Shown here piece after piece: positions 39,513-48,839 of a stretch of DNA of 64,000 bases. The translations under genes and the position numbers were made by a program. Each line of letters starts with the position of its first letter. Positions within the stretch are counted from its first letter, which is position 1. Under the pieces are notes generated by a model. The model was not told the origin of the DNA and searched no databases. It was given only the letters and a program-made list of their open reading frames with translations. The stretch is from a bacterium (lineage in GTDB: Bacteria > Actinomycetota > Acidimicrobiia > Spongiisociales > Spongiisociaceae), in contig JAPOQZ010000266.1 of NCBI GenBank assembly GCA_026710435.1, positions 13,609 to 77,608 of the forward strand, written 5' to 3'.

Positions 39513-40087
39513 ACATACGTGGGATTCCATTCGAGGAGATGGACTCCTCGATGCGCCGCAGGGCTGAGGCGGCCGCAGAACTCAGCGGCGACATGCGGTT
39601 CATCCGGGCAATAGCAGCAGCTCCCCACATGGTCGACTTCTACTTCGGCGGCTTCTACGAAGATGTGTTCTTCGGTGGCGAGGTTCCGATCATCACCAAG
39701 GAATTGGTCCGGCTGAGGCTCTCGAACCTGCACGGGTGTGCCTTCTGAAACCGCACCAATCCCGTCTCGGCGAGACGGAACGGAGTAAGCGAGGAACAGA
39801 TCGAAGCAGTGGCTGGAGACATCCGATCTGGTCCCTTCACCGAGGCCGAGAAGGCGGCTCTGGCTCTAGCCACGGTCCTGTCCAACGCGGTTCAGGATGG
39901 GTTGGTGGATGAACAGCTGGCGGCCGAGTTGCACCGCCACTACACGGACGGCCAGATCATGGAACTGGCGATGGTGATCGCCATACTCACCGGCATGGCC
40001 CGCATGCTGTTTGCCTTCGACCTCGCGGATCGAGAGCAGGCTTGTCCGGTCGGTGGTTTGTCCGGGGGTCAGAGCAACGACAACTGA
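39509..40087 (+). CDS. AhpD / carboxymuconolactone decarboxylase-like protein, predicted selenoprotein (CxxU, Sec at TGA 39746-39748)
   Basis: TKELVRLRLSNLHGCAF-TGA-NRTNP..ARRNGVSEEQI...FTEAEKAAL...HYTDGQIMEL continues in frame; hairpin just downstream of the TGA. Confidence 0.8.
39761..39779 (+). promoter_or_regulatory. Candidate bacterial SECIS hairpin
   Basis: CCGTCTC-GGC-GAGACGG, 7-bp stem with a G-starting loop about 21 nt after the in-frame UGA. Confidence 0.6.
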
Positions 40088-41115
40088 CTCGATGTTTCAT
40101 CCACGCACCGGAGGGGAGAGTATCCGGGCGTGAGGGCGTGAGAGGTGTCGAGGTAGACCTTGGCCTCGGGCGCGCCGCTGAACCGGCCGTGACTCCACCG
40201 CACCTCTACGTGCCCGTCCACACGCCGTGGTGTCCCAGAAGTCCTGTCCATGAGTTCGGCCCACCACCTGACTACGGGCTGTCCGGCGCTCGTATCGGGT
40301 TCTGCCTCGAATGCCCGGAACCCGTAACGCTGCCGGAAGTCCCATGGCGTACCGACCCGGAAGCGCACCGGCTGTCCGGCCGACGCCGTGCCCAGGATGA
40401 AGTAGGGCGCGGCTTGGAGGCGGAGCAGGCGCCACAGCATCTCCTCGCGCGCTAAACGGTCGGTGCCGAGAGCCCTCTGCCACCGGGTGGCAGACGCGCT
40501 AGAGACAGCCGCGCAGAACCGCCGGTAGGGACCGGCAATGTCAGGCGGCCACGTGCGTTCGAAGCGTCCCTTCAACCTGAGGCGGTCGGTACTGGTGAGC
40601 CGATCGAGAGTTGACGGAAGATCGCCGCTGCCGAAGTGCTTCCGGCATGCGCGGTACAGCTCCTGGTATTCGGTTGGGGCCGCCTCAAGGTACCAATCGG
40701 TCCCGTCCCCTCGGCGGTTGGCCAGCAGGCGGTCGAACAGGTGAGCGGGAGAGACGTTGTAGAGCACATTCGATCTGTATTTGCAGCTTATGAGGAAGAC
40801 GTAGTCGACGCGGAGATCAACGGGGATCTGCTCGTAGCCAGGGGGATTCTGGTTTCCTTTCCATTCAACCCTTTCCGGCACCCGATCCTTCAATCCGTCC
40901 GCTGACGACGCGAAGGCCCGACCGTTTTCCCAAGCGTCCTCGAACAGCTGGTGCTGTTCCCCAGCAGCCCGCGCATCCTTCAATTGGTTGAAGTGCCGTC
41001 CGGCGACGTTGAGCATCTCTCTCGGGCGCGCATCCAGGGCTTCGTCCAGGCACTCGATTCCAAGCATGGCCAGACCTGTAACGATCTCCGATATCTCGGT
41101 GCGGAGGCTGGCCAC
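40069..41115 (-). CDS. Putative type II restriction endonuclease (PD-(D/E)xK variant)
   Basis: Immediately downstream of a DNA methyltransferase gene; PVDLRVDYVFLISCK (D...SxK) catalytic-like motif. Confidence 0.6.
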   Translation of the reverse strand: MASLRTEISEIVTGLAMLGIECLDEALDARPREMLNVAGRHFNQLKDARAAGEQHQLFEDAWENGRAFASSADGLKDRVPERVEWKGNQNPPGYEQIPVDLRVDYVFLISCKYRSNVLYNVSPAHLFDRLLANRRGDGTDWYLEAAPTEYQELYRACRKHFGSGDLPSTLDRLTSTDRLRLKGRFERTWPPDIAGPYRRFCAAVSSASATRWQRALGTDRLAREEMLWRLLRLQAAPYFILGTASAGQPVRFRVGTPWDFRQRYGFRAFEAEPDTSAGQPVVRWWAELMDRTSGTPRRVDGHVEVRWSHGRFSGAPEAKVYLDTSHALTPGYSPLRCVDETSSQLSLL

Positions 41116-41194
41116 AATCCGATCGGCCTACTGCGAGCGGTTCGGCCTGGCGCGCCCAAGCATTTCAGTAGGCGTGGATGCTGTCCTGCCCATC

Positions 41195-42136
41195 TCAACC
41201 CTCACCAGTACCCGCCTGAGCTATCCGTGTCCTCGCCAGCTCCACGTAGGTCGGGTCGATGTCATAGCCCACCGCGCGGCGGTTGGCTTCGACCGCCGCC
41301 ACCAGGGTGGTACCGGAACCCATGAACGGGTCCAGCACCAGATCCTGTTCGTACGTGTACAACTGGATCAGGCGGGCTGGCAACTCCACCGGGAAAGGTG
41401 CCGGATGCCCGATCCTGCTCGCATGGGCGGGAGGAATCTCCCAGACATCCAGGGTCGCTTCCATGAACTCGTCCCGGCCGATCGTTGCCTTGTGGGGGAG
41501 TCCGTCCTCCCGGCGCCGGGCGGGAGACAGAGCACGATTGAACCGGCCCTTGCCGGCGATAACGACCCGTTCGGTGACGTCCCGCAAGACGGGGTTGGTC
41601 GGGCTGCGCCACGACCCCCAAGCGCAGGATCCGCTGGAGGCCTTGGCCTTGCGCCAGATGACCTCTCCGCGCAGCAGAAGACCCAGGTCGTCCTGGAGGA
41701 TGCGGATCACATCGGCGCTGAGGCTGCGGTATGGCTTACGTCCCAGGTTGGCGACGTTGACCGCGATCCGTCCACCTGGCTCGAGAACCCGCAGGCACTC
41801 TCCGAAGACATCGCGAAGAAGGGTCAGATAGTCGACGTAGGATTCGGGAACCTGCCGGCCCGCCACTGCCTGCTCGTAGTCCTTCCCGACGAAGTACGGC
41901 GGTGAGGTCACGACCAGAGCGACGCTGTTGTCAGGGAGTTGCTCCATCTTCCGGCTATCGCCATGGATGGGCTGGGGCTGGTCGAACCCGTCGGCCGGCT
42001 TGACACGATCGTCGGTAGACAGCTCTGGTGGAGCGAACCGGGCGTAGAAGGCGGAGGCATCGTGACCCTCGCGCCGGCCCGCTCCGAAGCTCGATGTGGC
42101 TGTGCTCCTCCGAGAATCCTGTGTGTGGTGCGCCAC
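41195..42136 (-). CDS. Site-specific DNA methyltransferase (beta class, probably m4C)
   Basis: VTSPPY precedes HPAPFP and LDPFMGSGTT. Confidence 0.93.
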   Translation of the reverse strand: MAHHTQDSRRSTATSSFGAGRREGHDASAFYARFAPPELSTDDRVKPADGFDQPQPIHGDSRKMEQLPDNSVALVVTSPPYFVGKDYEQAVAGRQVPESYVDYLTLLRDVFGECLRVLEPGGRIAVNVANLGRKPYRSLSADVIRILQDDLGLLLRGEVIWRKAKASSGSCAWGSWRSPTNPVLRDVTERVVIAGKGRFNRALSPARRREDGLPHKATIGRDEFMEATLDVWEIPPAHASRIGHPAPFPVELPARLIQLYTYEQDLVLDPFMGSGTTLVAAVEANRRAVGYDIDPTYVELARTRIAQAGTGEG

Positions 42137-42240
42137 GTATCATCTCCTCCCCACACCGATCTTACATGCTTGTCATTAGCCAGGTTAGGTCCCGGGTGTG
42201 ACAGGATGGACGGTCAGTGCCTGATCCCTCCTTGCGCCGG

Positions 42241-43098
42241 TCAATTGCCCGTTATCAGGTAGGAGAGGGTGCGGTTGGCATTCATCGGAGCCCACTGCTT
42301 GAAGCCGGGCCAGTGCCCGTAGCGGGGCCTGAGGCGTTCAGCCACACGGGCGCATGTCTCGTTGCGGACCCGCTCGGTCATCTGGACCCCGTCCTCGCCG
42401 GGTAGCGGCTTCTGCCCACCCATCGAGGCGAACTCCTGGGCGGAGATGTCGATGAGTTCGTGGAAGTAGGCCCGGTAGTCCTCGGCCCAGGAACGTTCGC
42501 CCGGGCCGAGATGGCCGCCCATGACGATGTCGAACTGCTCCTCCTCGAGAGCGTCGAGGGTGGAGACTATCCCGGCCAGGTCCGAGTCGGCCAGGTCCCG
42601 ATACGGGGCCACTCCCGGCTCGATGACGTCGGAGAACACCAGCAGCCTGCCCCCGTCGGTATCGGCGAACAGAGCGATGTTCGAGTCCGAGTGGTTGGGC
42701 CCGAAGTACTTGGTCCTGATGCTCACGCCGCCGAACACCAGAACCTCCTCGTCGGCGACCAGCCGGGTGGGGATTCGGATATCGCCTGCGGCCCTACGCA
42801 CGATTCGCTCCGCTGCCTGGGGATGGGCGATCACTTCCGCGTCTTCGCTGAGTACACGGGCGCCGCAGGCGTGATCGCGATGGTCGTGGGTGTAGACGAT
42901 GGCCACCACCGGCGCGTCGGTAACGGTTGAGATCGCGGTGCGGTAGGCCGAGGCGGCGTGGTCGTCGATCGGGTCCACGGCACACACACCATCCGGCGTC
43001 ACGAAGAAGGGACTGGAGTAGAACCCGGTCCGCCATCTGAAGACGTACACTCCGCCTCCGAGGTTGTCCACTTCCCAATCACGAGTTGTCGACGTCAT
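42241..43098 (-). CDS. MBL-fold metallo-hydrolase
   Basis: THDHRDH, FGPNHS, GGH; paralog of 14006-14854 (shared PLPGEDG..MTER..N, YxITGN). Confidence 0.88.
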   Translation of the reverse strand: MTSTTRDWEVDNLGGGVYVFRWRTGFYSSPFFVTPDGVCAVDPIDDHAASAYRTAISTVTDAPVVAIVYTHDHRDHACGARVLSEDAEVIAHPQAAERIVRRAAGDIRIPTRLVADEEVLVFGGVSIRTKYFGPNHSDSNIALFADTDGGRLLVFSDVIEPGVAPYRDLADSDLAGIVSTLDALEEEQFDIVMGGHLGPGERSWAEDYRAYFHELIDISAQEFASMGGQKPLPGEDGVQMTERVRNETCARVAERLRPRYGHWPGFKQWAPMNANRTLSYLITGN

Positions 43099-43211
43099 GA
43101 TCCTTCCTCACTTTTCCCTCCCCGGTATGTACAGGGCGATGCCGGATGATGATAGGTTTAGCTGGCTCACCCGTTCGGAGCGACCGGCGGACTCGTAAGA
43201 GGAGAGACCCA

Positions 43212-44183
43212 GTGACGTCATTCATCCTGCGAAGAGCGGTGGGCAGCGTGCTGGTGTTCTTCGCAGTGGCCATTCTCGTCTTCGCGATGATCCACCTCGC
43301 CCCCGGTGACATAGCTCAGCTCATGCTCGGAGTGAATCTCGACGCCACCATCATCGAGGAACTTGCCCAGGAACTCGGTCTGCGGCGACCCTTCATCGTC
43401 CAGTTCGGTTCCTATCTCGGTGACTTGCTGACAGGTGAGCTGGGGGAGTCGGCCTTCTCGAAGAGGCCCGTCTGGGAGATGCTCAAGGAGCGCGCGCCCG
43501 TCACCCTGGAACTCGGTCTGGTGACGGCGGCATTCGCCACGATCATCGCGCTGGTACTCGGTCTGATCGCTGCGGCCCTCCCCGGCAGTTTCCTTGACGG
43601 GCTGATACGCGTGGTGACCATCGTCGGGATCTCGATCCCCAACTTCTGGCTGGGCCTGGTCCTGATCATGGTGTTCGCCATCTACATCCCCGGGATCCTT
43701 CCGCCGGGCGGGTGGGTCGCCTTCACCCAGGACTGGGTTCTGAACCTCAAGAGTCTGGTGCTGCCCGGCCTCGTGCTCAGCGTCGGAACGGTCGCCGTGG
43801 TCGCCCGCACGTTGCGAGCCTCGATGCTCGACGCGCTCGAGCGCGACTACGTGATGTTTGCCCGTTCGATGGGGCTCAGGCGCCGCCGAGTGATCGGGAC
43901 CGTGGCCTTCCCTAACGCCATGCTGCCCACGACCACCGTGATCGGTCTCCTGGTCGGGTACCTGGTGAGTGGCTCCGTTATCGTCGAGACGGTGTTCACC
44001 ATTCCCGGCGTCGGTCAGTTACTGGTCACCGCGTTGCGGACCCAGGACATCCCGGTGGCGATCGGAGCGACCATGTTCGTGGCTGCCCTGTTCCTGTTGA
44101 TCAATCTGCTGGTCGACATCTCCTACGCAGTGCTGAACCCCAGAATCCGTGAACTGTACCTGCGGCGGGGAGCGGCCCGATGA
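43212..44183 (+). CDS. ABC transporter permease (DppB/OppB-like)
   Basis: HLAPGD, SIPNFWLG, RASMLD.L..DYV..ARSMG EAA loop, VETVFTIPGVG. Confidence 0.93.
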   Translation: MTSFILRRAVGSVLVFFAVAILVFAMIHLAPGDIAQLMLGVNLDATIIEELAQELGLRRPFIVQFGSYLGDLLTGELGESAFSKRPVWEMLKERAPVTLELGLVTAAFATIIALVLGLIAAALPGSFLDGLIRVVTIVGISIPNFWLGLVLIMVFAIYIPGILPPGGWVAFTQDWVLNLKSLVLPGLVLSVGTVAVVARTLRASMLDALERDYVMFARSMGLRRRRVIGTVAFPNAMLPTTTVIGLLVGYLVSGSVIVETVFTIPGVGQLLVTALRTQDIPVAIGATMFVAALFLLINLLVDISYAVLNPRIRELYLRRGAAR

Positions 44184-45118
44184 CCTCGACCTCAGGCGGT
44201 GCGGCGGGCGCCGACCAGACGGTTGCCCACCGACCGCGAACCTTCCGGCGCTCCCTAACCCTGGCCTTCCAGACCCTCAACCACAATTGGCTCACCAGGG
44301 TCGGGGCGGTCCTGGGTTTTGCATACATCCTGTTCGCACTGGTGGGACCGGTCCTAACCCCCGATCCGCTCCAGCAGAGCAACGACATCCTGCAAGGCCC
44401 GAACGGGACGTACTTCTTTGGCACCGACCAATTGGGGAGGGACATGCTGTCGCGTGCCGCGGCAGGAGCTCGGGTGTCACTCCTGGTGGCGATAGCGAGT
44501 GTGATCGTGGGGCTGCTGCTCGCAGTCCCGGCGGGAATGCTGGCCGGATTTCGCGGGGGGACCCTCCTGGACGAGATCATCATGAGGTCGGTGGACGTTC
44601 TACTGGCGCTGCCGCTGTTCGTGCTCGGCATGTTCGTCCTGGGCGTGTTCGGCACTGGCGATACGCAGATTGGTTTCCTGACCATCCCCGCTGCCTGGAA
44701 GGTAGTGGTGCTGATCGCCATCGCCGCGACACCCTTCTTTGCTCGCGTGGCGCGTGCCGCCACCCTGACCGAGGTCGAGGAGGACTACGTGGACGCACTC
44801 CGGGTGGTAGGCGTGCCGCGCCGGGTGATTCTGTCCAAGGAGATACTCGTCAATGTCCTGCCGCCGGTGCTGGTGCAGGCCTTCCTCTGGATTGCCATCG
44901 CCATCTTCGCAGAGGCGGCGCTCAGCTTCCTCGGTCTCGGGATCCAGGCGCCCCAACCCACCTTGGGCAACATTCTCTTCGACGCCACCAGCTACATGTT
45001 CGCCGGGGCGTGGTGGTTCTCAGTTCTTCCGGGTCTGGTGCTCCTAATGGCCACCGTCGCCTTCAACCTGGTGGGTGACGGCCTCAACGACCTACTGGAT
45101 CCGCGTCTCCGGCAGTAG
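44180..45118 (+). CDS. ABC transporter permease (DppC/OppC-like)
   Basis: FGTDQLGRDMLSR, EAALSFLGLG..P.PTLG, FNLVGDGLNDLLDPR; ATGA overlap with the upstream gene. Confidence 0.93.
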   Translation: MTSTSGGAAGADQTVAHRPRTFRRSLTLAFQTLNHNWLTRVGAVLGFAYILFALVGPVLTPDPLQQSNDILQGPNGTYFFGTDQLGRDMLSRAAAGARVSLLVAIASVIVGLLLAVPAGMLAGFRGGTLLDEIIMRSVDVLLALPLFVLGMFVLGVFGTGDTQIGFLTIPAAWKVVVLIAIAATPFFARVARAATLTEVEEDYVDALRVVGVPRRVILSKEILVNVLPPVLVQAFLWIAIAIFAEAALSFLGLGIQAPQPTLGNILFDATSYMFAGAWWFSVLPGLVLLMATVAFNLVGDGLNDLLDPRLRQ

Positions 45119-45161
45119 CGGAAGATCCCTCCGCCAGGTGAGTCAATCAGGCCTGAACGGA

Positions 45162-47006
45162 TCAGACCGGCAGCCACTTGATAGTCATAAGGAATACGTA
45201 GATACCGATGATCGCGAGACCTATAACGACTGAGAGCACTCGTTCTATCTTGGGGCTCTGTTCCACGGTTCGCGCGGTATCGCGGAACAGAACCGAACCG
45301 GTCTCTGTAATCAGAGGATCGTCACGTTCGGAGCGTTGGCCAAACAGATGAATAGTCATGAATACCACTACTGACGCGAGCAGCATCGATACTACATCGT
45401 TCAGTAGCGCAGGCCATGCGGCGGCTTCGGTACGGGCGAACACCGCCATACCTGCCACGACGAGCGCCGAGATGACAATTACTACCAATTCAGCCATGTT
45501 TCGTCCACGCTGCTTGCTGTTTACTAGCGTGTCAAGGCTTGCTTGCAGGCGCGCGGTTTCGGAACGGTCCAATCCGGCAATTCCTATCTGATGGCTTACG
45601 TATTCGTAGGCTTCGGTCAGTCTGGTGACGTCGTTGGTCGTGTTGATCGTACGAACACTCTTCAGCATCGTTGCGCGGTTCTCCTCGTCGGCCTGCAGTC
45701 CGACCAGTTTCCGATATAGCGCGTAGGTTTGCTGCTCTTCGTTGATCATATGGGCATTGAGGCGCGAGGTGCGGAACAACAGGATGAGAACGAACACAGT
45801 AGCGCCTGCACCCAACAATCCGTAGTAGTTGCCGAACACCGAAAACCATCCGTATTCGGGGATGTGGGTGAACCACTCATCACGCATATAGACGATGAAC
45901 CCGAAACCGAGCAGACTGAGGATGAGCCACCTAACATCGGCCCGTTCCTCGGATCGAAAGTTGATAAGGGCGTTCACCGCGATCACCGCAGTGGCACCGA
46001 TCCAGAGGAAGTCGGTTCGGTAGACGGTCACAGTAGCGAAGGATCCCAACCATATCAGAGACAGAACCGGGCGAAGATACTGTATGACGTTCACACCCAG
46101 GTGTTTAGTTTGCGGATTCGCGTAACGGAAAGCGATGTTTCCGAACGAACTGACTATCCCGGTAACAATTACCCAGATGACTGCAATCGATGCGAATCCG
46201 CCCAGATATATGCCCGGGCCGGTAAGTCCAGGAAAGAAGGTTAGGCCGACTATAAGACTGCCTAATATGCCAGCTACATTTGTTACTATCGAAACAGCAA
46301 GTATGCAGCCTAACTCATCCTTGGGATCGTCAGGTAATTCCGTCGTACCCTTGCATATACTATGGTACAAGGCCGTTCCCAACTTAAACCTAAAGGATAT
46401 CCAGGAGAGACAGACGGCCGTAGATGCTGCCAACAAGAGACCCCATAGGAGCTTCCATCCACCCCCTTCAGTCGTTATACCACCGCTCTGTGACAACGTG
46501 ACAAGCGCAATACCAGCCATAGCTGTAGCTATCAACAGCCAATCCTGCACGACCATAGTCCGGTAGCGACTACGAGTATCATGCCGTTTCTGATAAGCAA
46601 CGAAGAGGATAAGCCATCCGCCGGTAATAACGGTTACTAAAGCAGTATCGAGAAATAGAGTGGCCCAAACAAAGAGTGCCCAAATGAAGCCGTTTAGCAT
46701 TGCTGGCACACCATCACGTGTGGGAAGGCGCCGAACGATCCAAGTCCAGACGTCTCTACGTCTTATGAGGTCCGGGCAAGTCAACATTAGATAGACGAAC
46801 CAGACAATGGATATTATGAGGTGGAACCAGAATTGGAATACAAACGGGCCAACGGTTGTACCTACAAGTGCCACTACGAGCGGAACCCAAGACATCAAGA
46901 ATACTGAAACACCCATCCACGATGCCGCCCTTGTGTCCGGCTTCAGCCTCCTGATATCCATCATAAGGAGCCCTTCTGATTCCGTAGGGCCCGGCATCGT
47001 GGCCAT
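45162..47006 (-). CDS. Large membrane protein: EamA/DMT-like N-terminal part plus extra TM and soluble C-terminal region
   Basis: About 14-15 hydrophobic segments, GVNVIQYLRPVLSLIWL EamA-like segment; visibly lower GC; start may be the ATG near 46964. Confidence 0.65.
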   Translation of the reverse strand: MATMPGPTESEGLLMMDIRRLKPDTRAASWMGVSVFLMSWVPLVVALVGTTVGPFVFQFWFHLIISIVWFVYLMLTCPDLIRRRDVWTWIVRRLPTRDGVPAMLNGFIWALFVWATLFLDTALVTVITGGWLILFVAYQKRHDTRSRYRTMVVQDWLLIATAMAGIALVTLSQSGGITTEGGGWKLLWGLLLAASTAVCLSWISFRFKLGTALYHSICKGTTELPDDPKDELGCILAVSIVTNVAGILGSLIVGLTFFPGLTGPGIYLGGFASIAVIWVIVTGIVSSFGNIAFRYANPQTKHLGVNVIQYLRPVLSLIWLGSFATVTVYRTDFLWIGATAVIAVNALINFRSEERADVRWLILSLLGFGFIVYMRDEWFTHIPEYGWFSVFGNYYGLLGAGATVFVLILLFRTSRLNAHMINEEQQTYALYRKLVGLQADEENRATMLKSVRTINTTNDVTRLTEAYEYVSHQIGIAGLDRSETARLQASLDTLVNSKQRGRNMAELVVIVISALVVAGMAVFARTEAAAWPALLNDVVSMLLASVVVFMTIHLFGQRSERDDPLITETGSVLFRDTARTVEQSPKIERVLSVVIGLAIIGIYVFLMTIKWLPV

Positions 47007-47049
47007 ACACAGAGCGTAGAATACATCTTGGGACGGGTCGATCTACGCA

Positions 47050-47257
47050 TTAACCCTGATGTTCATGTTTCCCGACATACCCACGGCAGCATGCCACATC
47101 AACCACATCACCGCGGCCGGGCCGGGCTTTACCCGACGGGTGAAGGTCACGCCGGGCCGAGACGGGACTGTCGAAACGGCCGTTATCCCTGGTCAGAAGC
47201 TCATATCCCACACCCCGTTCGCCCCGGTAAAGCCCCCGCATGAAAAATCGGGGTTAA
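47050..47257 (+). mobile_element. MITE family B copy 5 (200 bp)
   Basis: TTAA-CCCTGATGTTCATG...CATGAAAAATCGGGG-TTAA, perfect 4-bp duplication. Confidence 0.9.
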
Positions 47258-47388
47258 TGGGTGCAAGAATGCACCTGGTTCGTACAACGGTGTCTAATAC
47301 CCGTTATCAGCTTGGAAGCCGGTCGAATCAGGGAAGCCTCGGTCCATCGTGTGTTCTGATCGCCATCGCGAGAGTGCCCATTGAGTAT

Positions 47389-48714
47389 TCAACTGAACCG
47401 CACGGCTAGTTCGGTTACGTCCTCGACATCTTCGAGGTTCCATAGGAGTTCGACGATCTCTCGGGCCTTGGCCGGACCGACGACCGGTACAGCCTGATCC
47501 AAGAACTTCCGTTCGCAATCGTCCCGGCTCATCGGTGCCAGTGGCGAACCGTGAAACCGGCTCCGGTGGATCGAGCGGGCGATGGTCCGACCTCGGGCCT
47601 TCACCTCCACCTCGTTCATCTCCGGGTCCTCGTGGGCGGCCACAGAGACGCGGGCGGCGATAGCGGCGCGTTCGGGCTCTCCCAGCCCGGCTGGATCAAC
47701 CCACGCCTTTCCGGAGGGGATATCCAGGAGGATGCTGGCGAATGCCAGCGGGATGCTGCCCTGGGCCTCCCAGAAGGTCCGGGGGGACGGGTTGGCAAAC
47801 GGTACGTAGATGTCCGGACCTCGGAACACCACCGCTTCCACCTCGTCGACCGCCAACTGCTCGCTTTCGATGATCCCGGCGAACAATTCGAGACCGCCCT
47901 GGAAGCCCCAACTGCCCACCCTGGGCTTCATCGAGAGACGGTCATGAACGGAGAGGAAACGGTTCGCGGAGTCAAGCATCACCTCGGCCCGGTACTCGTC
48001 GCCGATGGTGGCTTCGATGATGCCCGGCAGGCCCCCGCCGGCCTCAGCTGCCAGCAGGACAGACTGGAGCCCTATCTGGCAGGCATGCAGGTGGGGACTC
48101 ACCCGGTAGGCGTTCTCGTTACCCAGCCCGAACGTCACCTCCATGCGGGGAGGCATCGCGGTCACCCAGGCGAGGCCGATCGCCCTCTCGACCGTCTCGA
48201 GGTCGAGTCCCAGCATCCGGGCTGCGACCACGGCGGTGTTGAAGTACAGGTGGCGGCGGGGATGTCCCCGGTAGACGCTGAAGACCCTCTCGGTAGCGGT
48301 GGCCGCGTCGAACACGCGGGTGTTGAGTTCGTAGCCGAGGGCGGTAGCGGTGATGACTTCCCGGCCGGACGCGCCGACCATCTCGCCCAAGGCCAGTGCC
48401 ATCGCCGAGATCGGTGCGAACATGTGAACGCCCGGTCCCTGTTCCTCGAAGTCGGAGTCGGAAGCCATCTGGGAGTTGATGCCCGCGGCAAGGCCGGCCC
48501 CGACCCGGGCCCCGTCCCCGACGATCGTCGCCTGGGGAGGGCCACCTAGCGACCTGCCCAGCGCCGCGAACCGACGGTCGGCGATGTCGTAACTGAAGAA
48601 GGTGATGGCCAGGTTGTCGAGGGTGGCGCGCTTGATGCTCTCAACCGACTCCGGTGGAATGTCGTCGATCGTGGTGGTGGCGATCTCTTCGGCGAATGTC
48701 CGCGATACCGGCAT
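47389..48714 (-). CDS. MmgE/PrpD family protein (divergent)
   Basis: IPPE.VE..KR..LD, ASGREVITATALGYE, GSPLAPMS....RKF; GGAGG RBS. Confidence 0.85.
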   Translation of the reverse strand: MPVSRTFAEEIATTTIDDIPPESVESIKRATLDNLAITFFSYDIADRRFAALGRSLGGPPQATIVGDGARVGAGLAAGINSQMASDSDFEEQGPGVHMFAPISAMALALGEMVGASGREVITATALGYELNTRVFDAATATERVFSVYRGHPRRHLYFNTAVVAARMLGLDLETVERAIGLAWVTAMPPRMEVTFGLGNENAYRVSPHLHACQIGLQSVLLAAEAGGGLPGIIEATIGDEYRAEVMLDSANRFLSVHDRLSMKPRVGSWGFQGGLELFAGIIESEQLAVDEVEAVVFRGPDIYVPFANPSPRTFWEAQGSIPLAFASILLDIPSGKAWVDPAGLGEPERAAIAARVSVAAHEDPEMNEVEVKARGRTIARSIHRSRFHGSPLAPMSRDDCERKFLDQAVPVVGPAKAREIVELLWNLEDVEDVTELAVRFS

Positions 48715-48839
48715 GGGAACCTCCTTGCAGTTGGAGAGCGTGATTCGGCTGGACAGTTGGCGGAGTGAACTCCATGGATGGCTTCCCCATCACCGACCGG
48801 CGCGGAACCCGAGGGGGTGTGCGCTTCCCGGCGGCCTCC

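Noticed and set aside
48720-48835. Riboswitch or ncRNA in this and the 28120-28320 intergenic regions
   Set aside because: No conserved aptamer motif could be recognised by eye. An Rfam scan would be needed.
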